A stretch of DNA of 64,000 nucleotides from Cetorhinus maximus (GCF_964194155.1 NC_135888.1:23498001-23562000), one strand, 5' to 3'; shown: positions 38,901 through 49,771, counted from the first letter of the stretch. Notes: generated by a model from the letters alone, not told the origin. Numbers and translations: made by a program.

Positions 38901-41719
38901 AATCGCAAGGGGAATGGGGTGACAAAAGAGCAAGAAAACAAAGTATTCCAGATTTCCACTACCCTTTGTGTGAGTAAGTGTTTCTTGTTTATAAGACTTA
39001 GGAGCAGGAGTAGGCCATTTGGTTCTTCGAGCCTGCTCTGCCATTTGATATGGTTGATCTGATTGTGGTCTTAACTTCATCTTCCTGTCTGTCCCCATAA
39101 CCCTTGACTTCTCTATCTATCCAAAATCTGTCTATCTCCGCCTTGAATAAATTCAATGACCCAGCCTCCACTGTTCTCCGGGGAAGAGAATTCCACAGAC
39201 TAACGACCCTCTGAGAGAAAAGATTTCTCCTCATCTCCATTTTAAAAGGGAAACTTTTTATTCTTATATTGTGCCCCCTAGTTCTATTCTCTCCAATAAG
39301 AGGAAACGTCCTCCTGGGATCCCTCAGGATCTTGTATGTTTCAATCAGATCACCTCTCATTCTTCTAAACTCCAAATAGGTATAGGCCGAACCTATTCAA
39401 CCTTTCTTCATAAGATAAGCCCCTTGTTCCAGGAATGAGCCAAGTGAAAGTGAGAGATGATGGTGCAGTGGTAATGTTACTGGACTAATAATCCAGAGGT
39501 CCAGGCTCTGGGGATATGGGTTCAAATCCCACCACAGCAGCTGGTGGAATTTATATTCAATTAATAAATCTGGAATTGAAAACTAATCTCAGTAATGGTG
39601 ACCATGACAACTATCATTGATTGTCGTTAAAAACCCATCTGGTTTACTGGTCCTCTCGGAAATCTTCCACCCTAGTCTGGCCTACAAACGACTCCAAGCC
39701 CACATCAACATGGTTGATTCTTAACTAACCCCTGAAACGTTCAGTTCAAGGGCAATTAGGGATGGCAATAAATGCTGAACTTACCAGAGACGCCCATGTC
39801 CCATGAAAGAATAAAAAAAAGAATATTCTCTGAACAGCTTCTAATGCAATTATATCCTTTTTCAAATAAGAAGACCAAAACTGTACACCATACCCTTCCT
39901 GAATGATCAAGCTCTAATTTTCCGGACTCCCTCTACCAGAGGAAATAGTTTCTTTGGACGGGATTTTCCGTGCTTGCTGGCGCGGGCGTGTTCGGTGGCG
40001 TAAGCGGACAATATGGCGAGAAGGCCAAAAATCGGTTTCACAACGTCGTGAAACCAGTTTGCGATGTCCACTCTGCCCACCAATGACGGGCCATGTTCTC
40101 TGCCATCCGATGTTGCGAGCCTCATTGTAATACATCAGCTTGTCATTGTAAGGCCAGCCCGCCAGGCTCATCCACATCCCCTCCCCCCCCGGATTGCCGT
40201 TCCATGTCGGTGCGAAAACACACCGATGCGCATGAGTGATGTGCATCTGGCAGGCTGACTTTGTTCAGTACTTCAAGTTTTGTTTGCCTACCTTGCTTTG
40301 GTTAGCACTCACAGTCATCAGTGCCAGACTTCACAAACAGCACCACTTCACTTTTGGAGGGGCTCACGGGTAGGTCTCTACCTACCAGATTAGCCATATG
40401 TGGGTGGCTTTTCAACGGCTGCAGGGCTAGGGCTTGCTTAGGGAAGGGGTAGAAGTGGCCTCCGGCAAGGGAAGAGGTTGCAGGATGTAGCTGTATTGGG
40501 GAAAGAGAGTTTCTCAGAGTGTGTGTGGGAACACAAGTTGATCTCTGCAAGTGGCCTCAAGATGGTGAGGGCTGAGGAGGCAGTCTCCAGTGGAGATGAG
40601 GCCAGATAGACATGTGAGGCTATGTGTGTGAGAATGGGTGGTGATGTCCCTTGAGATATCAGTGAGTGAGATGCCAGTGACTGTGTGATGGGCTTGAGCG
40701 TGAGAGTTTAGAGTGATGAGATCATTCTTCCTCTACTTGCATTGGATGGCCAACTTCTTCTGTGCAACATTGGCACTGATCACCACTGCCATCACCTACC
40801 AAACCAGAGTGGTAATGTAGCTGCCCCTCCTGCGGCCAGAGAGAGGGTAGAGGACATCACAGCGGGCCTCCACAGTGTCCAAAAGTGCTCGAGGGCTGCA
40901 GTCTTCTTTGCTGCAGTCCTGGGCTGGAAGCAGTGAGCGCGGCTGGAATTTAGATGTGGTGCCTGGCATGATGAAGCGGCCAGGTGATGGCATGGGGGGG
41001 CGAATGAGGACTTGCCCACCATGGAAACGGCGGGTGTCACAGGAATACAAAAGTATTGCGGCAGGTTTGGGACGATCCGGCGTGAAAACCCGCCATCACA
41101 GCCAGTGGGTAATACAACACTTAGAGCAAATCTGGGACGATTCCGCCTTTGTATCTAACCTAGCAAAGTCTTTTATCATATTAAATACCTTGATCAGATC
41201 GCCCTTCAATCTTCCAAACTCAATGGAATACAAACCAAGTTACAGCCTCCCCGTCTATAATTATCTTGTGAATCCTCAGCCACTTGCACTGTTGAACCAT
41301 TTCCAATTCCATATTCACAGCAGGAGGCCATTCAGTCCCTCAATCCTATTGGCACCTTACATCCAATGAAATAGTTTTAAAGTGCCGTCACTGTTACAAT
41401 ACAGGAATGGCAGCCAATTTACACCCACAAACAGCAACAGAGTTCCAGATTTCCACTATCCTTCGCATGAAGAAGTACTTTCTGACATCACCCCCTGAAT
41501 GGCCTTTTCATCACTCTGTCTCCCTCTCTCCCCCCACCTCCATATTGTGCTTGGGACTCACATGTTGACGAGACGGTCACAGATCTCACTGGGAAGGAAG
41601 ACGTCAGGGTGCAGTCTCAGCGTTTCATTGTCTTGCATATAGCACAAGGTTCCCTCCAGGTTATGCAGGCAGTACTTGGTGCATAGAGTCATCAGTGATT
41701 CGGGGCTGTACAACGCCAT
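20939..41719 (-). CDS. ZER1: Protein zer-1 homolog (CRL2 substrate receptor, LRR+ARM), whole coding span, 15 exons, 771 aa
   Basis: All 15 exons have GT-AG ends and consistent phases, summing to 2316 nt. Translation runs MALYSPESLMTLCTKYCLHNL...FREERMDTSR* and resembles vertebrate ZER1. Confidence 0.96.
21908..22010 (-). CDS. ZER1: ZER1 exon (EKYCPLLIKENGIELL...ETKAMA)
   Basis: 103 nt, AG/GT ends, phase consistent. Confidence 0.92.
22570..22930 (-). mobile_element. L2 LINE 3' fragment
   Basis: GRAFSSLSPKLWNSLP motif; related copies at 32340-32580 and 35595-35985. Confidence 0.7.
23589..23686 (-). CDS. ZER1: ZER1 exon (SFEPILRLLPQ...QHWATWALFNLTSVY)
   Basis: 98 nt, AG/GT ends. Confidence 0.93.
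23864..24052 (-). CDS. ZER1: ZER1 exon (LLESNADGIEVSYNACGVLSH...RRNINYR)
   Basis: 189 nt, AG/GT ends. Confidence 0.94.
25400..25515 (-). CDS. ZER1: ZER1 exon (EFQGKQELHRNMLGLLGNVAEV...)
   Basis: 116 nt, AG/GT ends. Confidence 0.94.
25905..26024 (-). CDS. ZER1: ZER1 exon (CDQVMEFSWSALWNITDETPDNC...)
   Basis: 120 nt, AG/GT ends. Confidence 0.94.
26218..26254 (-). ncRNA. Degenerate minimal hammerhead motif in a Penelope pLTR remnant
   Basis: Minus strand reads GGTT-CTGATGA-A-AGGTC(ATC)GACCT-GAAA-TGTTAACT. Confidence 0.45.
26922..27330 (+). mobile_element. SacSINE1/DeuSINE-like SINE
   Basis: tRNA-like A box GTGGCTCAGTGG and B box GGTTCAAGCC, followed by a Deu-like core. Confidence 0.7.
27350..27391 (-). 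CDS. ZER1: ZER1 small exon (TMLKLIQKKLTDKV)
   Basis: 42 nt, AG/GT ends. Confidence 0.9.
28790..29145 (+). mobile_element. CR1 LINE 3' end
   Basis: FFTQRVVRVWNALP motif and ATTCTGTG tandem tail. Confidence 0.8.
29246..29461 (-). CDS. ZER1: ZER1 exon (VQRNCCLTLCNFSIPEEL...GKMGFVT)
   Basis: 216 nt, AG/GT ends. Confidence 0.94.
30042..30215 (-). CDS. ZER1: ZER1 exon (LVISALKYHKFDKSVQVTGSAALFYLT...YQEVT)
   Basis: 174 nt, AG/GT ends. Confidence 0.94.
31655..31801 (-). CDS. ZER1: ZER1 exon (ITGEANEDQILNAIEAYTEYRPEI...RALQ)
   Basis: 147 nt, AG/GT ends. Confidence 0.93.
32126..32240 (-). CDS. ZER1: ZER1 exon (TEPQKSSIEPF...THIPAYK)
   Basis: 115 nt, AG/GT ends. Confidence 0.92.
33223..33399 (-). 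CDS. ZER1: ZER1 exon (HLDISRDRTSSFYKFKLTR...SLDISGH)
   Basis: 177 nt, AG/GT ends. Confidence 0.93.
34268..35437 (+). mobile_element. 5'-truncated Penelope-like retroelement with GIY-YIG endonuclease and pLTR
   Basis: NLVYCIRCSQCGLLYIGETKRKLDDRFAEH motif; 15-bp TSD AGGAGTACAGCGAAA at 34253-34267 and 35438-35452; inverted pLTR piece at the 5' end. Confidence 0.88.
35335..35374 (+). ncRNA. Minimal hammerhead-ribozyme-like motif in the Penelope pLTR
   Basis: AGTT-CTGTTGA-A-GGGTC(ATGTTG)GACTC-GAAACGTC-AACT. Confidence 0.55.
35595..35985 (+). mobile_element. L2 LINE 3' fragment
   Basis: Reads LDFKILILVFKFLHGLA...KLWNSLP. Confidence 0.7.
36103..36545 (-). CDS. ZER1: ZER1 LRR exon (DLVELRLVNCEKLSAKSLQTL...)
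   Basis: 443 nt, AG/GT ends, leucine-rich repeat pattern. Confidence 0.94.
38677..38836 (-). CDS. ZER1: ZER1 exon (YMDLVNTDNSFQPHESFFSLFSD...KQ)
   Basis: 160 nt, AG/GT ends. Confidence 0.93.
38995..39450 (-). mobile_element. CR1 LINE 3' fragment, interrupted by a tRNA-SINE at ~39455-39820
   Basis: ORF 38998-39375: RRMRGDLIETYKIL...FSQRVVSLWNSLP. Confidence 0.8.
39955..41150 (-). mobile_element. PIF/Harbinger-like DNA transposon remnant with a Myb/SANT ORF fragment
   Basis: GC-rich insert splitting a CR1 fragment; minus-strand LLDTVEARCDVLYP..GRRR..ITTLVW resembles the Harbinger Myb-like protein. Confidence 0.6.
41562..41719 (-). CDS. ZER1: ZER1 first coding exon (BC/VHL-box-like PESLMTLC); the exon with UTR extends to 41800
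   Basis: Kozak context aacATGG, 158 coding nt, donor gtgagt; acceptor ctcatttccccag at 41801-41802. Confidence 0.94.
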
Positions 41720-42530
41720 GTTTGGGAGCCCCCTTTGCCTCCTTCACAGCTGGCTGAGCGGTGAGATGCTGCCTGGAGCTACATGGACATCGGGAGAGAG
41801 CTGGGGAAATGAGGGGAAACCAGGCAATTACCAGAAAGTATTGATGATTACCAATTTTAAATCAGATGAATGTTATAATTCAATTTGCTTCCACCGCCCT
41901 TTCAGACAATGCAATCCAGATCACAACAACTCGTTGTGTAAAATATTTCTCCTCATCTCTCCCCGCCCGGTTCTTTTGACAATTATCTCAATTCTGGGTC
42001 CTCTGGTAACTGGTTCCCCTGCCACGGGAAACAGATTCTCCTCATTTGCTCTATCAAAACCCATCAAAACCTTGAATACCCAATCAAACCTCCCACTAAC
42101 TTTCTCTGCTCAAAGGAGGACAATCCCAGCTTCTCCCATCTCTCCACATTAACTGAAGTCCCTTATTCCTGGCACCATTCCAGTAAACCTCCCCTGCACC
42201 CTCTCTAAGGTCTTGACAAAGTGCAGTGCCCAAACATGGACACAATACTCCATCTGAACTCCGACCAGTGATTTGTAATGGTTTAGCATTACTTTCTTGC
42301 TTTTGTACTCTGCGTCTCCATTTATAAAGTCAAGGATCCCTTCTGCTTCCACCCTCTTTATAATGGTACCATCTAGTTTATATTGTATGGCTTAATAAGC
42401 CCAGTGCAGTTCTGAGCCTGTGAGAAAATCTCAGGTTTGATTCCCAGTCTGTGTCGGGTTCACTGGGCAGCATGGAAGGGCCATTATGCTTCATTATACT
42501 TGATCTCGGGTCTGGGGGGTGGGGGGGGGG

Positions 42531-42566
<36 letters not shown>

Positions 42567-44547
42567 AATCAGCCAGGGTTCTTGCACTGAACACTATCCA
42601 ATGGCACCTGCTTTTGGGAACTGTTTCTGCCCATTGGGTAAGGAATACCCTGATACTCTCTACAGTCCAATGACCTGCTGTCAAATCTCTGCACAAATCT
42701 TGGCTGTTGGGGTGAGGGACCTCAGTGAGTGGCTGCTGCCCATGGGACCAACACTAGCAAAAGTCCAGGACTTCAGAACACGGTTGGAGAAGAGACAACA
42801 CCATTCAGCCCATTGAAACTCATCCTTCCTCCCTGCCCTTTGGCTCAATCAATGGAATTGAATTCTCCGAATGGGACCTGGGTACGATGGTAGTGTCACC
42901 AATTTCTCTCCAGACTCACTCTCCCAACCAATCACTGCCTCCTCCCAACTGATCACTGCCTGTAAGACTTTCCCAACCAACCACTACCAACATGACTCTC
43001 CCAACTAATCCAAAAGCAAATTACTGCGGATGTTGGAAATCTGAAACAAAAAAAAGAAAATGCTGGAAATACTCTGCAGGCCAGGCAACATCTGTGGAGA
43101 GAGAAACCAAGTTAATGTTTCAGGTCGGTGACCTTACATCAGAACCTTTTGGTTCACAAAAGGTGAAACCTTTTGAAAGAAAGGTCATCGACCAAACACT
43201 GTCTCCTGGCCCGCCCAACCAACACTGCCTCCTGATTCCTGGTTTCACTGCCTTTTGACTCTTATGGCCAATCACTGCTCCCCCCAACTGTGATTCTCCC
43301 AACCAATCATTGCCTCCCAACTCTCCAAACCAATCATTTCCCCTTAAACCACCATTGCCCCCTGAAAATCCTGACCAATCACTGCCCCGAGGCCCACTCC
43401 TGCACCTCAGCTCTCTTGAATTGTTGTTGCTCTCTGACCCTCCTAGCCTGAGCTCTGAACTCCCTGTATAGCCAATTCAACTCATTTGGAAAGTGCTGAG
43501 TGAAATGTCTTGCAACATTTTATTTGTTTAATTTGGGTGTTCATTTTCCAGGCATTCATTTAGTTGGGCTGAGTCTAAATGGCTTTTATTATTTACAATT
43601 AGAATAACTTCAAACTGCTCACCGAGCTGTAATGGACAAAGTAAACAAGTAGAAACTTCAGGTTCCTGGACATACTGTACTACACAGTACAATACTGAGC
43701 AACATTCAACAACACATGTTACAACTGGAATCATATTCTGATAAATACTGCCAAACATGCTGGGATTATTAACTTAATTTACAGAAGGTTAAGGGGTGAT
43801 TTAATAGAGGTTTAAAATGATGCTTGTTCAACTGAGGAGAAACTTTCCACTGGTGGGTGTGGGGTAGTCAATAGCTAGAGGACACAGATTTAAAATAATT
43901 AACAAAAGAACCAGAGGGGAAGACTGAGGAATTTTTTTTCTAAACAGTGAGTTGCATTTAGGTAAAAGTTAGATCAATACATGAGGGTTATGGTGATAAG
44001 GTGATGAGGTGTAGAGGGGAGGAGCCTAGTGAGGTGCATGAAGAGCTGAGTTGGGCCGAATGGTATGTTTCAGTGCTGTATTTTCTGTGACTTGTTGTGA
44101 TCTGGAATGTGCTACCTGAAAGGGCTGTGGAAGCAGATTCAATAGTAACTTTCAAAAGGAAACTGTAGATATAATCGAAAAGGAAAGATTTACAGGTGGA
44201 GTAGGACTAATTGGATAGTTCTTTCAAAGAACCAGCACAGGTATGATGGGCTGAATGGCTGTATGATTCTATGTTGAACCAAGCATTAAGGTCAGTCTTA
44301 TCTTACTTCTGTTTAAATGCTCCAGCCAGTGTTAGTAACCACAAACTATTCTAGCAATAGGAATGGGCCCAGCACTGAGAGACATGGAGACAGACACAGC
44401 TATGGAATCTCATATACATCAGCCTTCCCTTCTTCCAACAAACTTCAACAATTCTACAAAGCAAGCCTGCTTTACTTCAACCTGGCTCCTAAATCATGTC
44501 CTATCCTCTCACCGAGGTTTCTCAAGTCGTAATGTAGGCAACCTGGG

Positions 44548-44930
44548 GAGACGGTGGCGTAGTGGTAAATGTCACTTGGCTAATAAGCCAGGCACCCGCC
44601 CTCCGGCTAATGCTCTGGGGACACGGGTTCAATTTAAATTTTAATTTTAATTTGAAGTAACAAATCTGGAACTGAAAGCTAGGCTCAGTAAAGGTGACCA
44701 TGAAATTATCATCGATTGTTGTCAAAGACCCATCTGGTTCACTAATATCCTTTAGGGGAGGAAACCTGTCGCCCTTACCTAGTCTGGCCTACATGTGACT
44801 CCAGACCCATGACAATGTGGTTGACTCTTAACTGCCCTCTGAAATGGCCTAACAAACTACTAAGTTCAGGGGAATTAGGGATGGACAACAAATATTGGCC
44901 CTGGCTCACACCCCATGAAAGAATAAACAA
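44548..44930 (+). mobile_element. tRNA-derived SINE sharing a LINE 3' tail
   Basis: A/B boxes GTGGCGTAGTGG...GGGTTCAA; same body as 39455-39820 and 60462-60760. Confidence 0.7.
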
Positions 44931-45664
44931 AACACAATTTGCACACAATTTCATGAACAGTGATGAAGTAAATGGCCTGATTAGCTGTTGTTTTAGTTGA
45001 AGGATAAACATTGGTCAGAACACCTTGAGGGACTTCCCTGCTGTCTGAAAAGTGGGATTAGTTAAGTCTCTAGGAGGTGGTGGAGGGGTGAGGAGGGAGA
45101 TGGGAAGCAATGAGGTGAGGGGGGGAGATGGCAGTACATGGGAAGAGATGGAAGGATTGAGAAGGGTGAGATACGAACATATAAATAAGGAGGAGTAGGC
45201 CATTCAGCCCCTTGAGCCTGCTCCGCCATTTAATAAGATCATGGCTTATCTGACTGTAACCTCAAATCTGCATCCCACCTCCTACCCACAATAACCTTTC
45301 TTCCCCTTGCTTACCAAGAATCTATCCGCCTCTGCCTTAAAAATATTCAAAGACTCTGCTTCACCACTTTTTCAGGAAGAGAGTTCCAAAGACTCATGGC
45401 CCTCTGAGTGAAAAAATTTCACCTCATCTGTCTTAAATGGGCAACCCCTTATTTTTAAACAGTGACTCCTAGTTCTAGATTCTCCCACAAGAGAAAACAT
45501 TCTCTCCACATCCACTCTGTCAAGAACCTTCAGGTTTCAATATGTTTCAATCAAGCTGCCTCTTGCTCTTCTAAACTCCAGCGGATACAAGCCTAGTTTG
45601 TCCAACCTTTCCTCATAAGACAACCCACCCATTCCAGGTATTAGTCTGGTAAACCTTCTCTGAA

Positions 45665-46255
45665 AGGGGGATATGAGGTTGAGAAGATGGTGGTAGGTTT
45701 GGAAGATGGTGTGAAGGGAGGAGATGGGGATAGATGGGCAGACATGAGGGTAATGGAGGAGATGGGGAAGATGGAGGCAGATGAGGGCAAGGAAGAAGAT
45801 GCGGGGAAGATGTGGGAAAGATGGGGCTGGGAGAGGGATGGGGGGGAAAGGATGGGGGGAAAGGATGAGGGGGGGAAAGGATGAGGGGGGAAGGATGGGG
45901 GGGGAAGGATGGGGGGGGAAGGATGAGGGGGGAAGGATGAGGGGGGAAAGGATGAGGAGTGGAGGAAAGGATGAAGGGGGGGAAAGGATGAGGGGGGGAA
46001 AGGATGAGGGGGGGAAAGGATGAGGGGGGGAAAGGATGAGGGGGGGGAAAGGATCGGGGGGAAAGGATGGGGGGAAAGGATGGGGGGGAAAGGATGGGGG
46101 GGAAGGGTGAGGGGGAAGGGTGAGGGTGAAGGGAGAGAGAAGGATGGGGGGAAAGAGAAGGATGGAGGAGGGGAGAGAAGGATGGGGGAGGGGGAGAGAA
46201 GGATGGGGGGGAGAGAAAGATGGAGGAGGGGGAGAGAAGGATGGGGGGGAGGGGG
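45665..46255. repeat. Purine-rich (GGGGGGAAAGGATG)n low-complexity repeat
   Basis: Direct reading. Confidence 0.9.
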
Positions 46256-46328
46256 GTTGCTCGGTGGCTGGGATCGGACATCACATCAGGCGATGGCCCC
46301 TGCAGTCGAATGGCCCACTGACACTCAC

Positions 46329-46620
46329 TGTATTTCCCTCAACACAAGCCCCGGCCCTTGGACCATCTCCATCTCCCTCATCCTCCCCAAATCCCGGGTC
46401 ACAGTCACCCCCACCCCGGTCCCGGTCCTGGTCCTTCACCCCCTCTGGGCCCCCGGCCTCTCCGATCTCGGTTACCGGGCAGCCTGTGCTTAACCCCCCC
46501 TCCCCGGGGCTGGGACAAGCCGGCTGCCCACCTGCTCCTCCGGCTCCCGCCGACGCTCCGATTCTTTTTAAATCTTTTTCCCTAAATCGAATTCGCTCCG
46601 CGGCTGTCAACAAACCCCGG
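46329..46620 (-). other. ZER1: Putative non-coding exon 1 of ZER1 (5' end approximate)
   Basis: GC/CpG-rich segment just downstream of ETS sites, ending at donor ACA|gtgagt. Confidence 0.5.
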
Positions 46621-47200
46621 CTCCACTTCCGGGTCACCGGAACCGGCCTGTCAATCACTAACCACTTCCGGGGTGAACAGGTCCATCCAATAAAATATCC
46701 GCTAGAAACAAATAAAGATAGAAAACATAAATTAATAGCCACATCATTTTAATTAATAATTTATATCTGTAATGATTAAACATTGTGCTTTATTCACCCA
46801 GTAATTAAGTCATTATTAGAGATTGCTATTTCCACGGGGAACCAAAATTTAAATTTACAAAAATCGCTTTAATTTAGTCGGATTACTTGCTCAACATGAA
46901 CCATATTGAAGGTTAAATACACAAGTAAGTACCTAGAATTTTTAAAAGGTAATTTCTTTACATAGTGAAGTTCACTGTGAATGCACAATAATTTGATCCT
47001 GTGTTTCTGGTCGGAGCTATTTCCTGCGGTACCGATTTCCGGTAGCTCTGCCCGCCGGGAAATAGGAAGTCAACATGTCGACTCTGTACAAGAACAGGTG
47101 AGGAGGAAGAAATCCGGAGGTGGTGTCTGTGGCCGCCAGTGGGGTTTCCCCGTCAATAACAGGCCGCCTGCGAGGGAGGCAGCGCCGGGAGATTTCCCTT
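46400..47200. promoter_or_regulatory. Head-to-head ZER1/TBC1D13 promoter region
   Basis: Two CpG-rich patches with ETS motifs CCACTTCCGG (46623, 46662), TTCCGG (~47037) and GGAAGT (~47065), plus CCAAT at ~46687. Confidence 0.7.
47075..47097 (+). CDS. TBC1D13: TBC1 domain family member 13, coding exon 1 (MSTLYKN R)
   Basis: caacATGTCG...AACAG|gtgagg, 23 nt; resembles human MSSLHKSR. Confidence 0.85.
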
Positions 47201-47254
47201 TCTTTCCCTAGAGAGCTCTTATTGGCTGGACTGAATATGGAGATATATCCAGGG

Positions 47255-49008
47255 TAGGGGAAGTGAGTGGGGGGGGTGAGGAGAGGGGGTGTGTGGAGTG
47301 AGGAGAGGGAGATGGGGGGTGTGGAGTGAGAAGACGGGGGTGAGGAGAGGGGGATGGGGGGTAGGGGAGAGGGGGATGGGGGGGTAGGGGAGAGGGGGAT
47401 GGGGGGGTAGGGGAGAGGGGGATGGGGGGGTAGGGGAGAGGGGGATGGGGGGGTAGGGGAGAGGGGGATGGGGGGGTAGGGGAGAGGGGGATGGGGGGGT
47501 AGGGGAGAGGGGGATGGGGGGTAGGGGAGAGGGGGATGGGGGGGAGAGGGGGATGGGGGGTAGGGGAGAGGGGGGAGAGAGGGGGATGGGGGGGAGAGGG
47601 GGATGGGGGGTAGGGGAGGATGGGGGGGGAGAGGGGGATGGGGGGTAGGGGAGGATGGGGGGAGAGAGGGGGATGGGGGGGAGAGGGGGATGGGGGGGAG
47701 AGGGGGATGGGGGGGGAGAGGGGGATGGGGGGGGAGAGGGGGGTGGGGGGGGAGAGGGGGGTGGGGGGTAGGGGAGAGGGGGATGGGGATGGAGAGGGGG
47801 TAGGGGGATGGAGATGGAGAGGGGGTAGGGGGATGGGGGGGATGGGGTGGGGGGATGGGGTTGGGGGATGGGGATGGAGAGGGGGTGGGGGGGATGGGGT
47901 TGGGGGATGGGGATGGAGAGGGGGTAGGGGGATGGAGAGGGGGTAGGGGGATGGAGAGGGGGTAGGGGGATGGAGAGGGGGTAGGGGGATGGAGAGGGGG
48001 TAGGGGGATGGGGATGGAGAGGGGGATGGAGAGGGGGTAGGGGGATGGAGAGGGGGTAGGGGGATGGGGATGGAGAGGGGGTAGGGGGATGGGGATGGAG
48101 AGGGGGTAGGGGGTGGGGATGGGGATGGAGAGGGGGTAGGGGGATGGGGATGGAGAGGGGGTAGGGGGATGGGGATGGAGAGGGGGTAGGGGGATGGGGA
48201 TGGAGAGGGGGTAGGGGGATGGGGATGGAGAGGGGGTAGGGGGATGGGGATGGAGAGGGGGATGGAGAGGGGGTAGGGGGATGGGGATGGAGAGGGGGTA
48301 GGGGGATGGGGATGGAGAGGGGGTAGGGGGATGGGGATGGAGAGGGGGTAGGGGGATGGGGATGGAGAGGGGGATGGAGAGGGGGTAGGGGGATGGGGAT
48401 GGAGAGGGGGTAGGGGGATGGGGATGGAGAGGGGGTAGGGGGATGGGGATGGAGAGGGGGTAGGGGAATGGGTAGGGGGATGGGGATGGAGAGGGGGTAG
48501 GGGGATGGGGATGGAGAGGGGGATGGAGAGGGGGTAGGGGGATGGAGAGGGGGTAGGGGGATGGGGAGGAGAGGGGGTAGGGGAATGGGGAGGAGAGGGG
48601 GTAGGGGGATGGGGAGGAGAGGGGGTAGGGGGATGGGGAGGAGTGGGGGGTAGGGGGAGCGGGGGGTAGGGGTGTGGGAGGAGCGGGGGGTAGGGGTGTG
48701 GGAGGAGCGGGGGGTAGGGGTGTGGGAGGAGCGGGGGGTGGGAGGAGAGGGGGATGGGGGGGTAGGGGGGTGGGAGGAGAGGGGGATGGGGGGTAGGGGG
48801 GTGGGAGGAGAGGGGGATGGGGGGTAGGGGGGTGGGAGGAGAGGGGGATGGGGGGTAGGGGGGTGGGAGGAGAGGGGGATGGGAGGAGAGGGGTGTGGGA
48901 GGAGAGGGGGATGGGGGGTAGGGTGGTGGGAGGAGAGGGGGATGGGGGGTAGGGGGGTGAGAGGAGAGGGGGTAGGGGTGTGGGAGGAGCGGGGGGTAGG
49001 GGTGTGGG
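47255..49008. repeat. ~1.75-kb G-rich tandem repeat (GGGGGATGG/AGAGGGGGTA units)
   Basis: Direct reading; runs into the assembly gap. Confidence 0.95.
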
Positions 49009-49208
49009 NNNNNNNNNNNNNNNNNNNNNNNNNNNNNNNNNNNNNNNNNNNNNNNNNNNNNNNNNNNNNNNNNNNNNNNNNNNNNNNNNNNNNNNNNNNN
49101 NNNNNNNNNNNNNNNNNNNNNNNNNNNNNNNNNNNNNNNNNNNNNNNNNNNNNNNNNNNNNNNNNNNNNNNNNNNNNNNNNNNNNNNNNNNNNNNNNNNN
49201 NNNNNNNN
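49009..49208. other. Assembly gap (200 N)
   Basis: Run of N. Confidence 1.
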
Positions 49209-49730
49209 GCCATTTCTGGGTTAACACTGAGTTCTGAATATAAATTTAAAAAATGATATATGAATGTGAATTTTAAAAAATGAAAATATAAAGCAGCTTT
49301 TACTGCAAAATGCACTATCTAAAACAGTCAGCAAAGTCCATAATGGATCAGCTACTCTTAAAGAATTTTGAATATAAAAACTAATCTGACACTTTTATTT
49401 CTCACTGACCCTCTCGCACGACTTTTCGTATTTTGTTTGAAATGTAATGCATGATGTTCCCTGCATGAGGATGAAGGGAGTTATCTGGTTTGTATGAGTA
49501 ACGTTATAACTGAAGGTCTGTACCTCTGGATTGGGCTGGGGAAAACTCAGATCATTGTCTCTCAGGTGGAGACGTGATCTCTGACAGACCTGCCAAGCAT
49601 ACAGGCCTCCCCAGGTTGGGCTATTATGAGAAATCCTCCAATATAATTATAGGATGAATGTGGCTATTCTATGTTTCACAATGCTCTTTACTGTAGATAA
49701 GTCTCAGCTTCTCCCCACTTCTCCCCACAG

Positions 49731-49771
49731 GGATTCCATTTGAAGGGGGGCTGCGCTCGCTTTGTTGGAAG
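49731..49771 (+). CDS. TBC1D13: TBC1D13 exon 3 (GIPFEGGLRSLCWK)
   Basis: 41 nt, ccccacag acceptor and gtaggt donor. Confidence 0.9.

Noticed and set aside
45613-46752. Overlapping Pro/Gly-rich ORFs near the promoter
   Set aside because: Low-complexity repeat plus GC-rich 5'UTR. The conserved ZER1 start is at 41719.
47017-49315. Long Pro-rich ORFs of 698-736 aa (extensin-like)
   Set aside because: They are translations of the G-rich tandem repeat and run through the N gap; there is no coding evidence.
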